A DNA stretch of 64,000 nucleotides from an uncultured Pseudomonadota bacterium (GCA_963836235.1 CAWIIP010000001.1:192001-256000), one strand, 5' to 3'; counted from the stretch's first letter, positions 1 to 10,752 are shown. The notes: generated by a model from the letters alone, not told the origin. Program-made: numbers and translations.

Positions 1-1203
1 GGGGCTTCCGCCCGGGCGGACGCTCTGGGGGGCGCCTTCGTGGGGCTCGCGGACGACCCTTCCGCCCTTTTCTACAACGGCGCGGGTCTTTCCCAGCTGA
101 AGGCGGCCTCCCTTTCCATCAACCACAACAGCTATTTGGGGGGCTCCTTCGAAGAGACTCTTCTTTTCGGATTGCCCGCCGGGTCCTTAGGTGGCTTCGC
201 TGGAGCCCTGCAATATGTCTCCTGGGGGAACCTGGACGAACGGGACGCGAACGGAGCCTATCAGGGCACTTTCGCCGACAGCGACGCCGCCTTCAGCGTG
301 GGATGGGGCACCAACGTGGCAAGCGGACTTTCCCTGGGGGTGGCCTTGCACGGGATCCAGCAAAAGATCGTGGACTCGCTCTATGGAGGCCTTTCAGGAG
401 ACTTGGGCTTCCTTTGGATTCTAGATCCGGGCCTTCGTTTGGGCCTGGCCTATACGGGGTTGGGAACCACCCAGGCCGGATTTTCCCCGGCCCAGGACCT
501 GCACTGGGGCCTGTCAAGCTTCCTCGGCCTGGGCAAAAATTCCAATCTCCGGCCCCTTTTATCGGGTGACTGGGAGCCCAAGGGTGTGAGCCGGATTCAA
601 GGGGGACTGGAGGGAATCATCCAGAGGGATTGCTTCCTGCGGGTCGGCTACCAGGCCGCTCTGGAAAACAATCAGATCGGGGGATTGACGGGATTCACCG
701 CCGGAGCGGGTTTTCGAGTGGGGCAGTTCCAATTGGATTACGCCTTCGTTCCTTACGGGGATTTGGGGACGTCGCACCGCATCAGCGTGGGTTATGAATT
801 CCCCAATCCGACGCCTGTGGTCGCTAAGCCAGTAACGGTGATAGGAAGTCCTGTGACAGTTCAAGCCCCACCGGTGACGGTCGTGGCCACGCCCCAACCT
901 ATGGCGGTTCCCGCGGGGCCTCCGAAGTCAAAGGTTGAGGTACACTTCGAGCTGCCCACGGCCGCTGGAACCCCGATGGGGTTTTCCCAGGCCTCCACCC
1001 TGGTCGGACCTTACGAAAAAGCCGCCCAAGAGAATCCCGGAAGCAGCCAGGCCTGGCGGAATTTGGGGATTATTTACTTAAAAACGGGCCAAATTGCATT
1101 GGGCATCCAATGTTTGGAACAGGCCCTTCGTTTAAATCCAAATGACCAAGCTTTGAAAGAATGGTTGGAAAATTATCGGGCAAAACATCCATCTAATCCC
1201 TGA
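1..1203 (+). CDS. PorV/PorQ-like (FadL-fold) outer-membrane beta-barrel protein with Pro-rich linker and C-terminal TPR; 5'-truncated by the window edge
   Basis: Frame is open from base 1: GASARADALGGAFVGLADDPSALFYNGAGL is the typical PorV-family N-terminal motif. The barrel ends FQLDYAFVPYGDLGTSHRISVGYEF, followed by a P/V/T linker and a TPR (AWRNLGIIYLKTGQIALGIQCLEQALRLNPND). Confidence 0.8.
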   Translation, partial: GASARADALGGAFVGLADDPSALFYNGAGLSQLKAASLSINHNSYLGGSFEETLLFGLPAGSLGGFAGALQYVSWGNLDERDANGAYQGTFADSDAAFSVGWGTNVASGLSLGVALHGIQQKIVDSLYGGLSGDLGFLWILDPGLRLGLAYTGLGTTQAGFSPAQDLHWGLSSFLGLGKNSNLRPLLSGDWEPKGVSRIQGGLEGIIQRDCFLRVGYQAALENNQIGGLTGFTAGAGFRVGQFQLDYAFVPYGDLGTSHRISVGYEFPNPTPVVAKPVTVIGSPVTVQAPPVTVVATPQPMAVPAGPPKSKVEVHFELPTAAGTPMGFSQASTLVGPYEKAAQENPGSSQAWRNLGIIYLKTGQIALGIQCLEQALRLNPNDQALKEWLENYRAKHPSNP

Positions 1204-1408
1204 TTTTCTCCTGAAACCACCAGATTCCGTTCTTACGGGATCAAAAAACGTCCTTCCACGGGAATAAACCGACAACCCCAGACACCAATCAAGTAAGGAT
1301 TACTCCGCTTACCAAAACTTTGTCCTTTGCTTCAAACGATTTAATTGAAATTTGAATCGGAAATAAATTGAGTTGTATAAATTTTAGCGCTTTTGAGGAG
1401 GCGTATTC

Positions 1409-4108
1409 ATGGAGTTAAAACGAAAACTGAAAGTTTCGTTCATTCTGATTGCGGCATTATTGAGCCCGGCGATACAGGCCTTTGCCGGCACCTGTACGAT
1501 AAACGCCACCCAAACCAACCAATACATCCATTGTATCGGGGCGTCCAGCGCTTGGAGCGGCATCAACGGTTTGGGAACCCAGTTATTCGCGGACGACAAC
1601 GTGAACGGCCATATCGGACTTCAGTCCCTCAGGGCCCGGATCGATCCCACCAACAACTTTTCTTCCGAAGTGAGTACCTTGGTTTCCGCCAAGGCCGTCA
1701 ATCCCAATATCCTATTCTGGGCCACCGAATGGTCCCCTCCCGCCCAATACAAGGCCAACGATAACGTCGATGGCGGTGCCAGCAACGATACCTTCCTAGG
1801 AGCCAGCTCCGGAGCGGCCAATAGCGACGATACGGGATTGGCAAGTTACCAAGTCTCGTTTATCCAATATTGCAAGAACCAAGGCATTAACCTTTACGCC
1901 CTCTCGGTTCAGAATGAACCCAATTTCAATCCGACCTACGAGGCCTGTCTTTGGTCCGCGGGTCAGTTTGACGTCTACGCAAAGGCCTTTTATAGCGCCC
2001 TCCAGAGTGCCGGCCTTTCAACCAAAATCATGATTCCTGAGCCGGACAACCCGGGTGGCATGAACTTGGCCTCTACCGCCATGGCTGATTCGACCGCAGC
2101 CCCTGAAATCGGCATCATCGCCTCCCACGCATACGGCGAAAACCTTGCCCCTCTTTCTTCCTACGGCTTCAGTAACATCACGAACCAGGAGTGGTGGGAA
2201 ACGGAAGTATCTGGGAACACGACCGATGTGCCGGGCGCCTTGCAGGAAGCGGGTTGGATCCATACCAGCCTGGTGGATGCCAGCACGAACGCTTTCCATT
2301 ATTGGTGGATCCAGGACCTTTACAGCGGCAGTAGCCTCGACATCAAGGCTTTCGTCCTGGGCAATTACAGTAAATTCATACGCCCGGGCTATTACCGCAT
2401 GGGCGCGACTGAAGTTCCCTCGTCTGGCGTGTCAGTGAGCGCCTTCAAGAACACCAATACTTCCTCGCCCCAGACCATCGTGTTCGTGGCCATCAACAGC
2501 AACGGCTCATCGGTCAACCAGACCTTTACGATCAGCGGAGTCAATGTGACTTCGGTGACTCCTTGGGTGACCAACGGGAGCACCAACCTCGTTGCGCAAC
2601 CTGCTGTGGCCGTTTCAGGGGGGAGTTTTACCTATTCCCTGACTCCGAGCAGTGTTACGTCCTTCGTGGGCGTGGTCAGCGGAACCGCTGCTAACACCCC
2701 CACCTTCACTCCTGTTCCGCCAACGGCGACCCACACCAATACTCCCGTGCCGCCCACGGCCACCTTTACGCACACCAACACTCCCGTGCCGCCGACAGCC
2801 ACCAACACTTTCACGGCGACCCATACCAACACCCCAGTGCCTCCCACGGCCACTCTTACGAATACGCCGATTCCGCCGACGGCCACGAATACGAATAGCC
2901 CTGTGCCGCCAACCGCGACCCACACGGCTGTTCCGCCTACGTCCACGGGAACGAGTACCCCTGTGCCGCCTACAGCGACAATCACTAACAGCCCGGTTCC
3001 TCCGACGGTGACGAACACGCCATTGCCACCCACGGTGACCAATACTCCAGCGCCGCCGACGGTAACCAATACCCCGGTTCCGCCCACGGCGACGGCGACC
3101 ATTACCAACACGCCGGTGCCGCCAACGGCGACTAACACCTTTACTTTGACCAATACGCCGACTTTGGTGCCGCCAACCGCCACGCATACGCCGGTGCCGC
3201 CGACGGCAACATTCACTCTTACGCCGCTTTCACCAACCGACACTCCCACGGTGGTCGTCTCCAGTTCCAACTTCACGGTGAAGTTGTTAAGCGGTGTGAC
3301 TAGCAATACCACCAACAGCCCTCATCCCTTCATCCAAGTGGTGAACACGGGAACGGGGCCTTTAAGCCTGAACAACGTGGAAGTGCGTTATTGGTTCAAC
3401 TGTGATTGCACGACCCAATCTCTGCAAGTCTGGGTGGACTGGGCGGGTTTACTGCCCGCTGGGACATCAGTCACAGGGGATGTCGTGACCTCGGTGGTTC
3501 CCACCAGCTTGGGAGGCCAGACCGATTACATCAGCTACAAGTTCACCGGGAACTTGGTGCTACAACCGGGCCAGATGATCGAGATCCAAAGCCGCTTCAA
3601 CAAGAGCGACTGGAGCAACATGACCCAGGCTAATGACTGGAGCTTCGCGCCCAATACAAGTTACACCAACGCGCCACAGGTGACGGGATACCTGAGTGGG
3701 GCATTGGTATGGGGCGAACAGCCCGCGGGAGGTGCGGCATCAGCCCTGAAGGTGGCTAGCGTCATTTCCTTCCCGAATCCCTCAACGGGGACCGGCACAA
3801 CCCTTTCCTTCACCTTGGGAAGTTCGGGTTCAGGTGTGAGCGCGTCGGATTTGAGCGAAAGCAACCCGTTGTTGGTGGACCCCAACGCCAAGATCACCTT
3901 AAGTATCTACAGTCTAGGTTTCCGATTGATCTGGACCGAGACCTTGACGGGTGGGGGCTATGGGACGACCGGACCTCATGATGTTTATTGGAACGAGAAG
4001 GACCTAGGCGGAGCGAAATTGTCCAACGGGGTTTATTTCCTGCGGGTAACCGTTGAGTCGAACGGCCAGACCACATCCTCGGTTGCCAAGATTCTCATCC
4101 TCGGATAA
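1409..4108 (+). CDS. Secreted GH30 glycoside hydrolase (xylanase-like) + Pro/Thr linker + CBM3 + T9SS-like C-terminal domain
   Basis: GAGGAGG RBS; signal peptide; GH30 motifs WSPP, SVQNEP, WETE, NYSKFIRPGYYR; CBM3 ([23 protein letters not shown]); FPNP...NGVYFLRV...KILILG C-terminus. Confidence 0.88.
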   Translation: MELKRKLKVSFILIAALLSPAIQAFAGTCTINATQTNQYIHCIGASSAWSGINGLGTQLFADDNVNGHIGLQSLRARIDPTNNFSSEVSTLVSAKAVNPNILFWATEWSPPAQYKANDNVDGGASNDTFLGASSGAANSDDTGLASYQVSFIQYCKNQGINLYALSVQNEPNFNPTYEACLWSAGQFDVYAKAFYSALQSAGLSTKIMIPEPDNPGGMNLASTAMADSTAAPEIGIIASHAYGENLAPLSSYGFSNITNQEWWETEVSGNTTDVPGALQEAGWIHTSLVDASTNAFHYWWIQDLYSGSSLDIKAFVLGNYSKFIRPGYYRMGATEVPSSGVSVSAFKNTNTSSPQTIVFVAINSNGSSVNQTFTISGVNVTSVTPWVTNGSTNLVAQPAVAVSGGSFTYSLTPSSVTSFVGVVSGTAANTPTFTPVPPTATHTNTPVPPTATFTHTNTPVPPTATNTFTATHTNTPVPPTATLTNTPIPPTATNTNSPVPPTATHTAVPPTSTGTSTPVPPTATITNSPVPPTVTNTPLPPTVTNTPAPPTVTNTPVPPTATATITNTPVPPTATNTFTLTNTPTLVPPTATHTPVPPTATFTLTPLSPTDTPTVVVSSSNFTVKLLSGVTSNTTNSPHPFIQVVNTGTGPLSLNNVEVRYWFNCDCTTQSLQVWVDWAGLLPAGTSVTGDVVTSVVPTSLGGQTDYISYKFTGNLVLQPGQMIEIQSRFNKSDWSNMTQANDWSFAPNTSYTNAPQVTGYLSGALVWGEQPAGGAASALKVASVISFPNPSTGTGTTLSFTLGSSGSGVSASDLSESNPLLVDPNAKITLSIYSLGFRLIWTETLTGGGYGTTGPHDVYWNEKDLGGAKLSNGVYFLRVTVESNGQTTSSVAKILILG

Positions 4109-4170
4109 GAATGTGGCGGGGAAGTGAAGCCAAAAGGTCTGACTTTGCAGTAGTCGGAAAATGAACTAGG

Positions 4171-4240
4171 TGCCGCGGTTAATGGAAGGGAAAAACAACG
4201 GGCGTTGTTTGGGCCCCCTTCCAACCGCGGCATTTTTTTT
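4171..4240 (+). terminator. Long intergenic stem-loop followed by T8 (terminator or RNA-stabilising element), copy 1
   Basis: Nested pairings TGCCGCGGTT/AACCGCGGCA, GGAAGGG/CCCTTCC and AAACAAC/GTTGTTT, then TTTTTTTT. A second copy lies at 19601. Confidence 0.65.
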
Positions 4241-4313
4241 AGGTCGAACCGGCGCCGACCTATCGGGTTATCGTCGTACTTATCCTAGAATCGTTTGTGG
4301 GGTCTTCGAATTT

Positions 4314-7300
4314 ATGGTTCAGTCATCTAATTTTAAAAACCATTCGTTTCGAATTATCTCAATGGTGCTGGTCTTCCTTTCTCTAATTTTGGGTTTTACC
4401 GTTCGTTCTCATGCCCAAACCTACAACTGGCAAAATGTGGTCATTATGGGGGGCGGGTTCGTTCCGGGACTGGTCTACAGTCCGGTTTCGCAGGGCCTGC
4501 TTTACGCTCGAACCGACGTTGGCGGGTTCTATCGTTGGAATAATTCAGCCGGCCAATGGGTGCCCCTGACCGATATGTTCGGTCCCACCCAGGCGAACAA
4601 TTACGGGGGGGAGAGCATCGCGCCCGATCCCGTAAACCCCAACGTGGTCTACGCGGCGGCGGGGTCCTCGGGCACCGGCGTGATCCTCAGTTCGACGAAC
4701 CAAGGCGGGTCGTGGACGGTCAATTCCATTGCGGTTTCCATCGCGGGCAACAACGACGGAAGGGAAGCGGGCGAGCGCCTAGTGGTGGACCCTAATCTGA
4801 ACTCCAAGTTGTATTTCGGCTCCCGATGGCAAGGGCTTTGGGTGAGCACCAATTCAGCGTCCAGTTGGAGCCAGGTCACCTCCTTCCCGGTTTTGGGTGA
4901 CACCGGCTATGGGCTCTCCTGGGTTATATTCCCCCCTCCCGCGAATGGCTACGGCAATCCTTCGGGTTCGGCCTCGGCCACCATCTACGTGGGGGTTTTG
5001 GCCATGAGTTCGGGCAACAGCAACGTGTACCGGTCTACTAACGCAGGCGCCAGCTGGACGCTCATCCCCGGCGGGCCCTCCAACATGGTGACACCCCACG
5101 CTAGCCTGGGCACCGACGGAAATCTTTGGATCGTTTACGACAGTGGTGGCTATGGCCCGAACAGCATCTCGACCGGCCAAATCTGGAAGCTCAACACGGG
5201 CACTCTGGCTTGGTCCAACGTGACCCCTTCCAATGGGCCGCCCAGCGGAAGCGGCGGTTATGCCGGTATCTGCGTTGACCACGAGAACGCCAGCCATGTT
5301 TTGGTTACGACCATCGATTGGTGGGGCGGGCCTGATAGGCTCCTTTCGACCACCAACGGCGGCGGTTCCTGGTCGGTCATCGCCTTGGCTGGCTCCAGTT
5401 CCTCGGTCTTCAATGTCAACAGCGCCATCTACCAGGAGGGTTGCAGCGGCGGCTCGGGTGGGGCGGGTTGGGCGGGGTGCGTGGCCATAGATCCATTCAA
5501 TTCCAACAACGCCGTTTACCCATCCGGCGGGGCGGGTGGGGGTGGCGGGGTTTGGAGCAGCACCAATATCCAGGCGAGCCCCGTTTCCTGGACCTACAGC
5601 GACAACAACCTTGAGGAAACGGTGGCGATTTACATGAACCCCGCCACTGCGGGCGGCATTCTCTTTTCTTGCTTGGGCGACGTGGGCGGCATGCGCCACA
5701 CGAGCGTGACCCAATCTCCCGCCTCAGGCATGTACTGCAACCCCCAATATTCAAATACCAACATGCTGGACTTCGCCGAATCCAAGCCCAATACGGTGGT
5801 CCGGGTGGGGAACAGCACCAACCCCTCAGCCGTGAATAGCGACGTGGCCTATTCCACCAACAACGGGCAAACCTGGACGCCCTGGGGAAGCGCGCCCCCG
5901 GGCTACACTTCCACAGGCCAGATGGGATCGGTGGCGGTAGCGGCGGACGGTTCCCGGGTGGTGGTGTCGCCCTATAGCGACTATGGATCTCCGGCCTACG
6001 CTTCTTCCCTTGGTGGGAGTTGGACGACCTGCTCCGGCCTTCCCAGCGGCGCAATGGTGGCCTCGGACCGTTCGAACGCCTCAACTTTCTACGCCACCTA
6101 TCCAAGCGAGTGGGTTTACGGCAATTCCGTGACAATCTACGAGAGCACTAACAGCGGGGCCAGCTTCAGCCAGGTGAATACGATCCCCGTGAATTGGAGC
6201 GATGCCAACGGCAATGGACAATGGGTCATGCCCCGGCCCGTTTTTGGGGAGCCCGGAGAATTCTGGGTTTCCACTTACGGCAACCTCTACCGATTCACCA
6301 ACGGGGGTTCCAGCGTGACGGCCCTCGCCAACGTGTTTGAACCTATGGGGCCGGTAGGGTTCGGCAAGGCCGCCTCCGGGCAGACCCACCCGGCGGTCTT
6401 CCTGATCGGGACCGTCAACGGTACCTACGGGTTTTACCGAAGCGACGACGGGGCAGGAGTCACCTGGACCCAGATCATGAATCCCAACCAACAGTACGGT
6501 AAGCCGGGATGGGCGGAGGGGGACGAGACCATCTACGGGCGCTGTTATATCGGTGCCGGGGGCCGAGGGACCGTCTACGGGGATATCACCGCCGACACAC
6601 CTACCAATACGCCTAACTCCACGCCCACTAAAACAGTCACTTCGACCTCCACCGGAACGCCAATGGCTACCCATACTAACAGCCCAACGAGCACCCCGAC
6701 TTCCACCCCAACGAATAGTCCGACCCAAACTCGGACAAATAGCCCCACGAATACGGTAACAATTACCCCCACTAAAACGGCAACTCTTACGGCAACCAAT
6801 ACCGTTGCCAATACCTCCACCCCAACCAATTCGGTGACGACTACCCAGACATCCACCCCATCCAACAGTGCGACTAGTACAGCCACGGCTACTAGGACGA
6901 ATTCGGCAACGAACACCGCCACTTCCAGCCCCACCAGCACCGCAACAGCCACCCGGACCAATAGCCCCACTTACACGGCTACTTCCAGTGTCACCCCTAC
7001 AGCTTCCGCAACCCCTAGCCCGACAACCTCAAACAGCCCCACTAAAACAACGACATCTACCCCTACCAATACTTTAGCCAATACAGCCACTCCCACCGCC
7101 ACGATGACGCCTACGGATACATTTGGGAACACGGCTACGAATAGTCCTACTTTGACTAGTCCGAACACCCCGACAAAAACGACGACGTCTACTCCCACGA
7201 ATACCTTGGCAAACACGGCCAGCCCAACAGCTACTACGACGCCTACGAGTACCCTAGTCAACAGCGCCACCGACACCCCTTCCGCTACCGCTTCAAACAC

Positions 7301-8171
7301 GGCAACAATAACGACCACTTCTACTCCCACACACACCTTGGCCAACACAGCCACTCAAACCGCCACGGCGACGCCTACAGACACCTTTGCGAACACGGCT
7401 ACGAATACCCCCACTTCGACCACCTCAAACACCCCGACCCAAACAGCGACATCAACGCCTACCAACACATTAGCCAACACAACCACTCCAACCGCCACGG
7501 CCACCTCTACCAATACTTTGGCTAATAGTGCCACCGATACCCCGACGGCTACCGCTTCAAACACACCTACCCATTCGATGACCGCTACTGCCTCAAGTAC
7601 GGCAACTAAAACGACTACTTTCACCGCTACGAACACCTTCGCCAATACCGCTACAGCGACACCGACAAATACCTTGACCAATACGGTTACGAATACGACC
7701 ACTTCGACCACATCAAACACACCGACCAAAACGACAACTTCAACGCCTACCAAGACTTTGTCCAACACCGCAACCCAAACCGATACAGTGACAACAACCA
7801 ATAGCCCAACCCCTACTGAAACATATACCAACACTTTCACGGTTACGGCGGTTCCTTCCACATTGACCAGTACGCCAACACCCACGCCCGTAAGCACCAA
7901 GGGCTTAGTGATCTACCCAAACCCTGTCATGGGACCGAGCATGAACGTGCTACCGCCGGCCTACATTGGCAGCCAGAACGTCCAGGTTGAAATTTTTACC
8001 CTCAGTTTCCGCAAGGTCCTGGATGAGACCTTCCCCAATGTTCCTTCCGCAACGCCCATCAACCTGCCCTTGACCGATTCCTTCGGTCACCCGCTGGCCA
8101 ACGGGCTTTACTATTTGGTGGTTACGGTGGATAGGAAACATTCCATCGGGAAATTCTTGGTTTTGAAATAA
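4314..8171 (+). CDS. Secreted GH74 xyloglucanase + ~430-aa Thr-rich stalk + T9SS-like CTD
   Basis: GH74 motifs GGGFVPG, YARTDVGG (catalytic Asp), [13 protein letters not shown] (catalytic Asp) and BNR repeats; YPNP...LANGLYY...KFLVLK end. Start moved from 4170 to ATG 4314 (4362 is also possible) because the upstream frame overlaps the hairpin. Confidence 0.88.
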   Translation: MVQSSNFKNHSFRIISMVLVFLSLILGFTVRSHAQTYNWQNVVIMGGGFVPGLVYSPVSQGLLYARTDVGGFYRWNNSAGQWVPLTDMFGPTQANNYGGESIAPDPVNPNVVYAAAGSSGTGVILSSTNQGGSWTVNSIAVSIAGNNDGREAGERLVVDPNLNSKLYFGSRWQGLWVSTNSASSWSQVTSFPVLGDTGYGLSWVIFPPPANGYGNPSGSASATIYVGVLAMSSGNSNVYRSTNAGASWTLIPGGPSNMVTPHASLGTDGNLWIVYDSGGYGPNSISTGQIWKLNTGTLAWSNVTPSNGPPSGSGGYAGICVDHENASHVLVTTIDWWGGPDRLLSTTNGGGSWSVIALAGSSSSVFNVNSAIYQEGCSGGSGGAGWAGCVAIDPFNSNNAVYPSGGAGGGGGVWSSTNIQASPVSWTYSDNNLEETVAIYMNPATAGGILFSCLGDVGGMRHTSVTQSPASGMYCNPQYSNTNMLDFAESKPNTVVRVGNSTNPSAVNSDVAYSTNNGQTWTPWGSAPPGYTSTGQMGSVAVAADGSRVVVSPYSDYGSPAYASSLGGSWTTCSGLPSGAMVASDRSNASTFYATYPSEWVYGNSVTIYESTNSGASFSQVNTIPVNWSDANGNGQWVMPRPVFGEPGEFWVSTYGNLYRFTNGGSSVTALANVFEPMGPVGFGKAASGQTHPAVFLIGTVNGTYGFYRSDDGAGVTWTQIMNPNQQYGKPGWAEGDETIYGRCYIGAGGRGTVYGDITADTPTNTPNSTPTKTVTSTSTGTPMATHTNSPTSTPTSTPTNSPTQTRTNSPTNTVTITPTKTATLTATNTVANTSTPTNSVTTTQTSTPSNSATSTATATRTNSATNTATSSPTSTATATRTNSPTYTATSSVTPTASATPSPTTSNSPTKTTTSTPTNTLANTATPTATMTPTDTFGNTATNSPTLTSPNTPTKTTTSTPTNTLANTASPTATTTPTSTLVNSATDTPSATASNTATITTTSTPTHTLANTATQTATATPTDTFANTATNTPTSTTSNTPTQTATSTPTNTLANTTTPTATATSTNTLANSATDTPTATASNTPTHSMTATASSTATKTTTFTATNTFANTATATPTNTLTNTVTNTTTSTTSNTPTKTTTSTPTKTLSNTATQTDTVTTTNSPTPTETYTNTFTVTAVPSTLTSTPTPTPVSTKGLVIYPNPVMGPSMNVLPPAYIGSQNVQVEIFTLSFRKVLDETFPNVPSATPINLPLTDSFGHPLANGLYYLVVTVDRKHSIGKFLVLK
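7032..7600 (+). repeat. 132-bp (44-aa) tandem repeat inside the GH74 stalk
   Basis: Unit starts recur at 7032, 7164, 7296, 7428 and 7560 (N-[ST]-[PA]-T...[11 protein letters not shown]). Confidence 0.75.
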
Positions 8172-8187
8172 TGGAGGTAGGTAAAAA

Positions 8188-10752
8188 ATGAAAATCCAAA
8201 GCAGGCTTCAACTATTTTTATTCCCGTTTATTCTTGGCGCTGGTACCAACCTTTGGGCCCAAACCTGCACGGTGAACGCCACCGTTACGAACCAATACAT
8301 CCATTGCATTGGAGCGTCCAGTGCCTGGAGCGCCGTGGGAAACATGGGACAGGCGTTATTCGCCAATGACAACGTGAACGGCCATATCGGCCTGACCTCC
8401 CTTAGGACCCGTATCGACCCTACGGCCGTCGGCGGAAACACCGGTGCCTGGAACAGCGAGTTGAACAACATTACCGCGGCCAACGCGGTCAACCCCAACG
8501 TGCTTTTTTGGAGCACCGAGTGGTCACCCCCCGCCGAGTACAAAACCAACAACAGCGTCGATGGAGAGGTAGTGAACGCGGGGGTCACCAATGTTGGCGC
8601 CTTCACGGGCTCCGACACCGGCTCCGCCCCCAACAGCGCCGATACGGGCTATGCCCAATACCTGACCCAATATCTCCAATACTGCAAAAGCTACACCGGC
8701 GTGAGCCTCTATTCCGTCTCGGCCCAGAACGAACCTAGTTTTGAGGTCACCTATGAAGGCGCCAATTGGACCACGGGCCAGTTTGATGTTTTCATCCCTT
8801 GCCTGGCGGCATCCATTACCAGCGCGGGGCTTTCCACCAAGATCATGATGCCGGAGCCGCCGAATGAATGGGGCATGAACCTGGGCACCGCCACCATGTC
8901 CGACGCCAACGCGGCCCCCCTGGTTAGCATCATCAACACCCACCTGTATGGCACCTTTTACGACACCCTGGCCCAGATCGCCTCGAGTTACGGCTACACC
9001 AAACTGACGAACCAGGAATGGTGGGCGACGGAAATTTCCGGCTGTACCACCGGGCTCATTACGGCCCAGGATTCGGCTGCCATGTGCGTGGCGGGCTGGG
9101 CCCACCAGTCCCTGGTCGAGGGCCAGATGAACGCCTTCCATTACTGGTGGTTGGACGACCTGATCAGCGGCACATCCCTCACCGACGCGGCCTTCGCTTT
9201 GGGAAATTTCTCCAAGTTCATCCGGCCCGGTTACTACCGTATGGGGGCCACCGAGGGTCCCCAGGCCGGCGTGACGATCTCCGCCTACAAGAACACGAAC
9301 AATTCCGCGCCCACCACTTTCGTGATCGTGGCCATCAACTACAACGCAAAATCCGTGAACCAGACCTTCAACCTGACCGGCCTCACCTCTGCCTCGGTCA
9401 CGCCCTGGTTGACTGACTTGGGCAACGGACTGGTCCAACAGGCCGCAGTGCCCGTATCCGGAAACAGTTTCACCTATTCCATGCCAGTTTCCAGCATCCT
9501 AACCTTCGTAGGAGTCAACAACGCCGGTCCCACACCTACCTTTTCGACCACCCCCACGCCTACACCCACTTCCACCACCACGAAAACCCCGACTCGGACG
9601 CCGACTATGAGCCCGACCTCGACCCTAACTCTTACCGCCTCTTATACCCCTACTGCGACCCCGACGCAGTCCCATACCCCCTCGGCCACGCCCACCGTTA
9701 CATTGACGGCTTCGCCGTCAAATACTCCCTCGGGCACACCGACCCGCACCCCTACCAGTTCGATGACGGCTACGCCTTCCCTCACCCCCAGTAAAACGGC
9801 CACCGCTACAACAACGTTCTCCGCTACTAGTACGCTTTCCTTCACCACGACTGCGACGGATACCGAAACCCCGGTTAATACGCCGACGGCAACGCCTACC
9901 CATACTTTAGCCAACACCGCCACCCAAACCGCCACGGCGACAACGACCAATACTTTGCCCAATACAGTTACGAATACTCCCACTTCGTCCGCTTCCAACA
10001 CACAGACCCAAACAACGACATCAACACCTACCAATACATTGGCCAACACAGCCACTTCAACCGCCACCGCTACGCCTACTACTACTTTGACTAATACGGC
10101 CACCGACACACCCACCGTAACCAACTCAAACACACCTACCTATTCGACGACCGCTACCGCATCGAGTACGGCGACTAAAACGACTACATCCACCCCCTCG
10201 AACACCTTGACCAAGACCGTAACCGAAACTGCCACGGCGACATCGACCAATACCTTGGCCAATACGGTTACGAATACGCTAACTTCGACCACCTCAAACA
10301 CACCGACCAAAACAACGACATCAACGCCTACCAATACTTTAACCAACACCGTCACTCAAACCGCTACGGTGACGCCGACCAATAGCGCGACTCAAACCGC
10401 CACTTATACAGCCACTTTAACGGTTACGGCGGTTCCCCCCACTTTAACCAACACCGCAACACCCACGCCCGTAGTCAACAAGGGCCTGGTAATCTACCCC
10501 AACCCCGTCACAGGGACGACGGTGAACGTTCTTCCGCCTGAATACACGGGAACGGCGAATGTGAGGGTGGAAATCTTCACCCTGGCCTTCCGGAAGGTGC
10601 AGGAGGAGACTTTCGTGAACGTGCCGTCGGGGGTGGCGGTGACAGTGCAATTGACCGATAAATGGGGAAGACCCCTAGCCAACGGACTCTACTACTTGGT
10701 AGTGAAGACAAACGGCGGCCAGTCCATTGGAAAATTGCTGATTATCAAGTAA
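8188..10752 (+). CDS. Secreted GH30 glycoside hydrolase + Thr-rich stalk + T9SS-like CTD
   Basis: Paralog of 1409 (NQYIHCIGASSAW, WSPP, QNEP, WATE, NFSKFIRPGYYR); GGAGG RBS; YPNP...LANGLYY...KLLIIK. Confidence 0.88.
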   Translation: MKIQSRLQLFLFPFILGAGTNLWAQTCTVNATVTNQYIHCIGASSAWSAVGNMGQALFANDNVNGHIGLTSLRTRIDPTAVGGNTGAWNSELNNITAANAVNPNVLFWSTEWSPPAEYKTNNSVDGEVVNAGVTNVGAFTGSDTGSAPNSADTGYAQYLTQYLQYCKSYTGVSLYSVSAQNEPSFEVTYEGANWTTGQFDVFIPCLAASITSAGLSTKIMMPEPPNEWGMNLGTATMSDANAAPLVSIINTHLYGTFYDTLAQIASSYGYTKLTNQEWWATEISGCTTGLITAQDSAAMCVAGWAHQSLVEGQMNAFHYWWLDDLISGTSLTDAAFALGNFSKFIRPGYYRMGATEGPQAGVTISAYKNTNNSAPTTFVIVAINYNAKSVNQTFNLTGLTSASVTPWLTDLGNGLVQQAAVPVSGNSFTYSMPVSSILTFVGVNNAGPTPTFSTTPTPTPTSTTTKTPTRTPTMSPTSTLTLTASYTPTATPTQSHTPSATPTVTLTASPSNTPSGTPTRTPTSSMTATPSLTPSKTATATTTFSATSTLSFTTTATDTETPVNTPTATPTHTLANTATQTATATTTNTLPNTVTNTPTSSASNTQTQTTTSTPTNTLANTATSTATATPTTTLTNTATDTPTVTNSNTPTYSTTATASSTATKTTTSTPSNTLTKTVTETATATSTNTLANTVTNTLTSTTSNTPTKTTTSTPTNTLTNTVTQTATVTPTNSATQTATYTATLTVTAVPPTLTNTATPTPVVNKGLVIYPNPVTGTTVNVLPPEYTGTANVRVEIFTLAFRKVQEETFVNVPSGVAVTVQLTDKWGRPLANGLYYLVVKTNGGQSIGKLLIIK

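Noticed and set aside
4170-4313. N-terminal extension of the GH74 ORF
   Set aside because: Reads through the intergenic hairpin; the signal peptide begins downstream.
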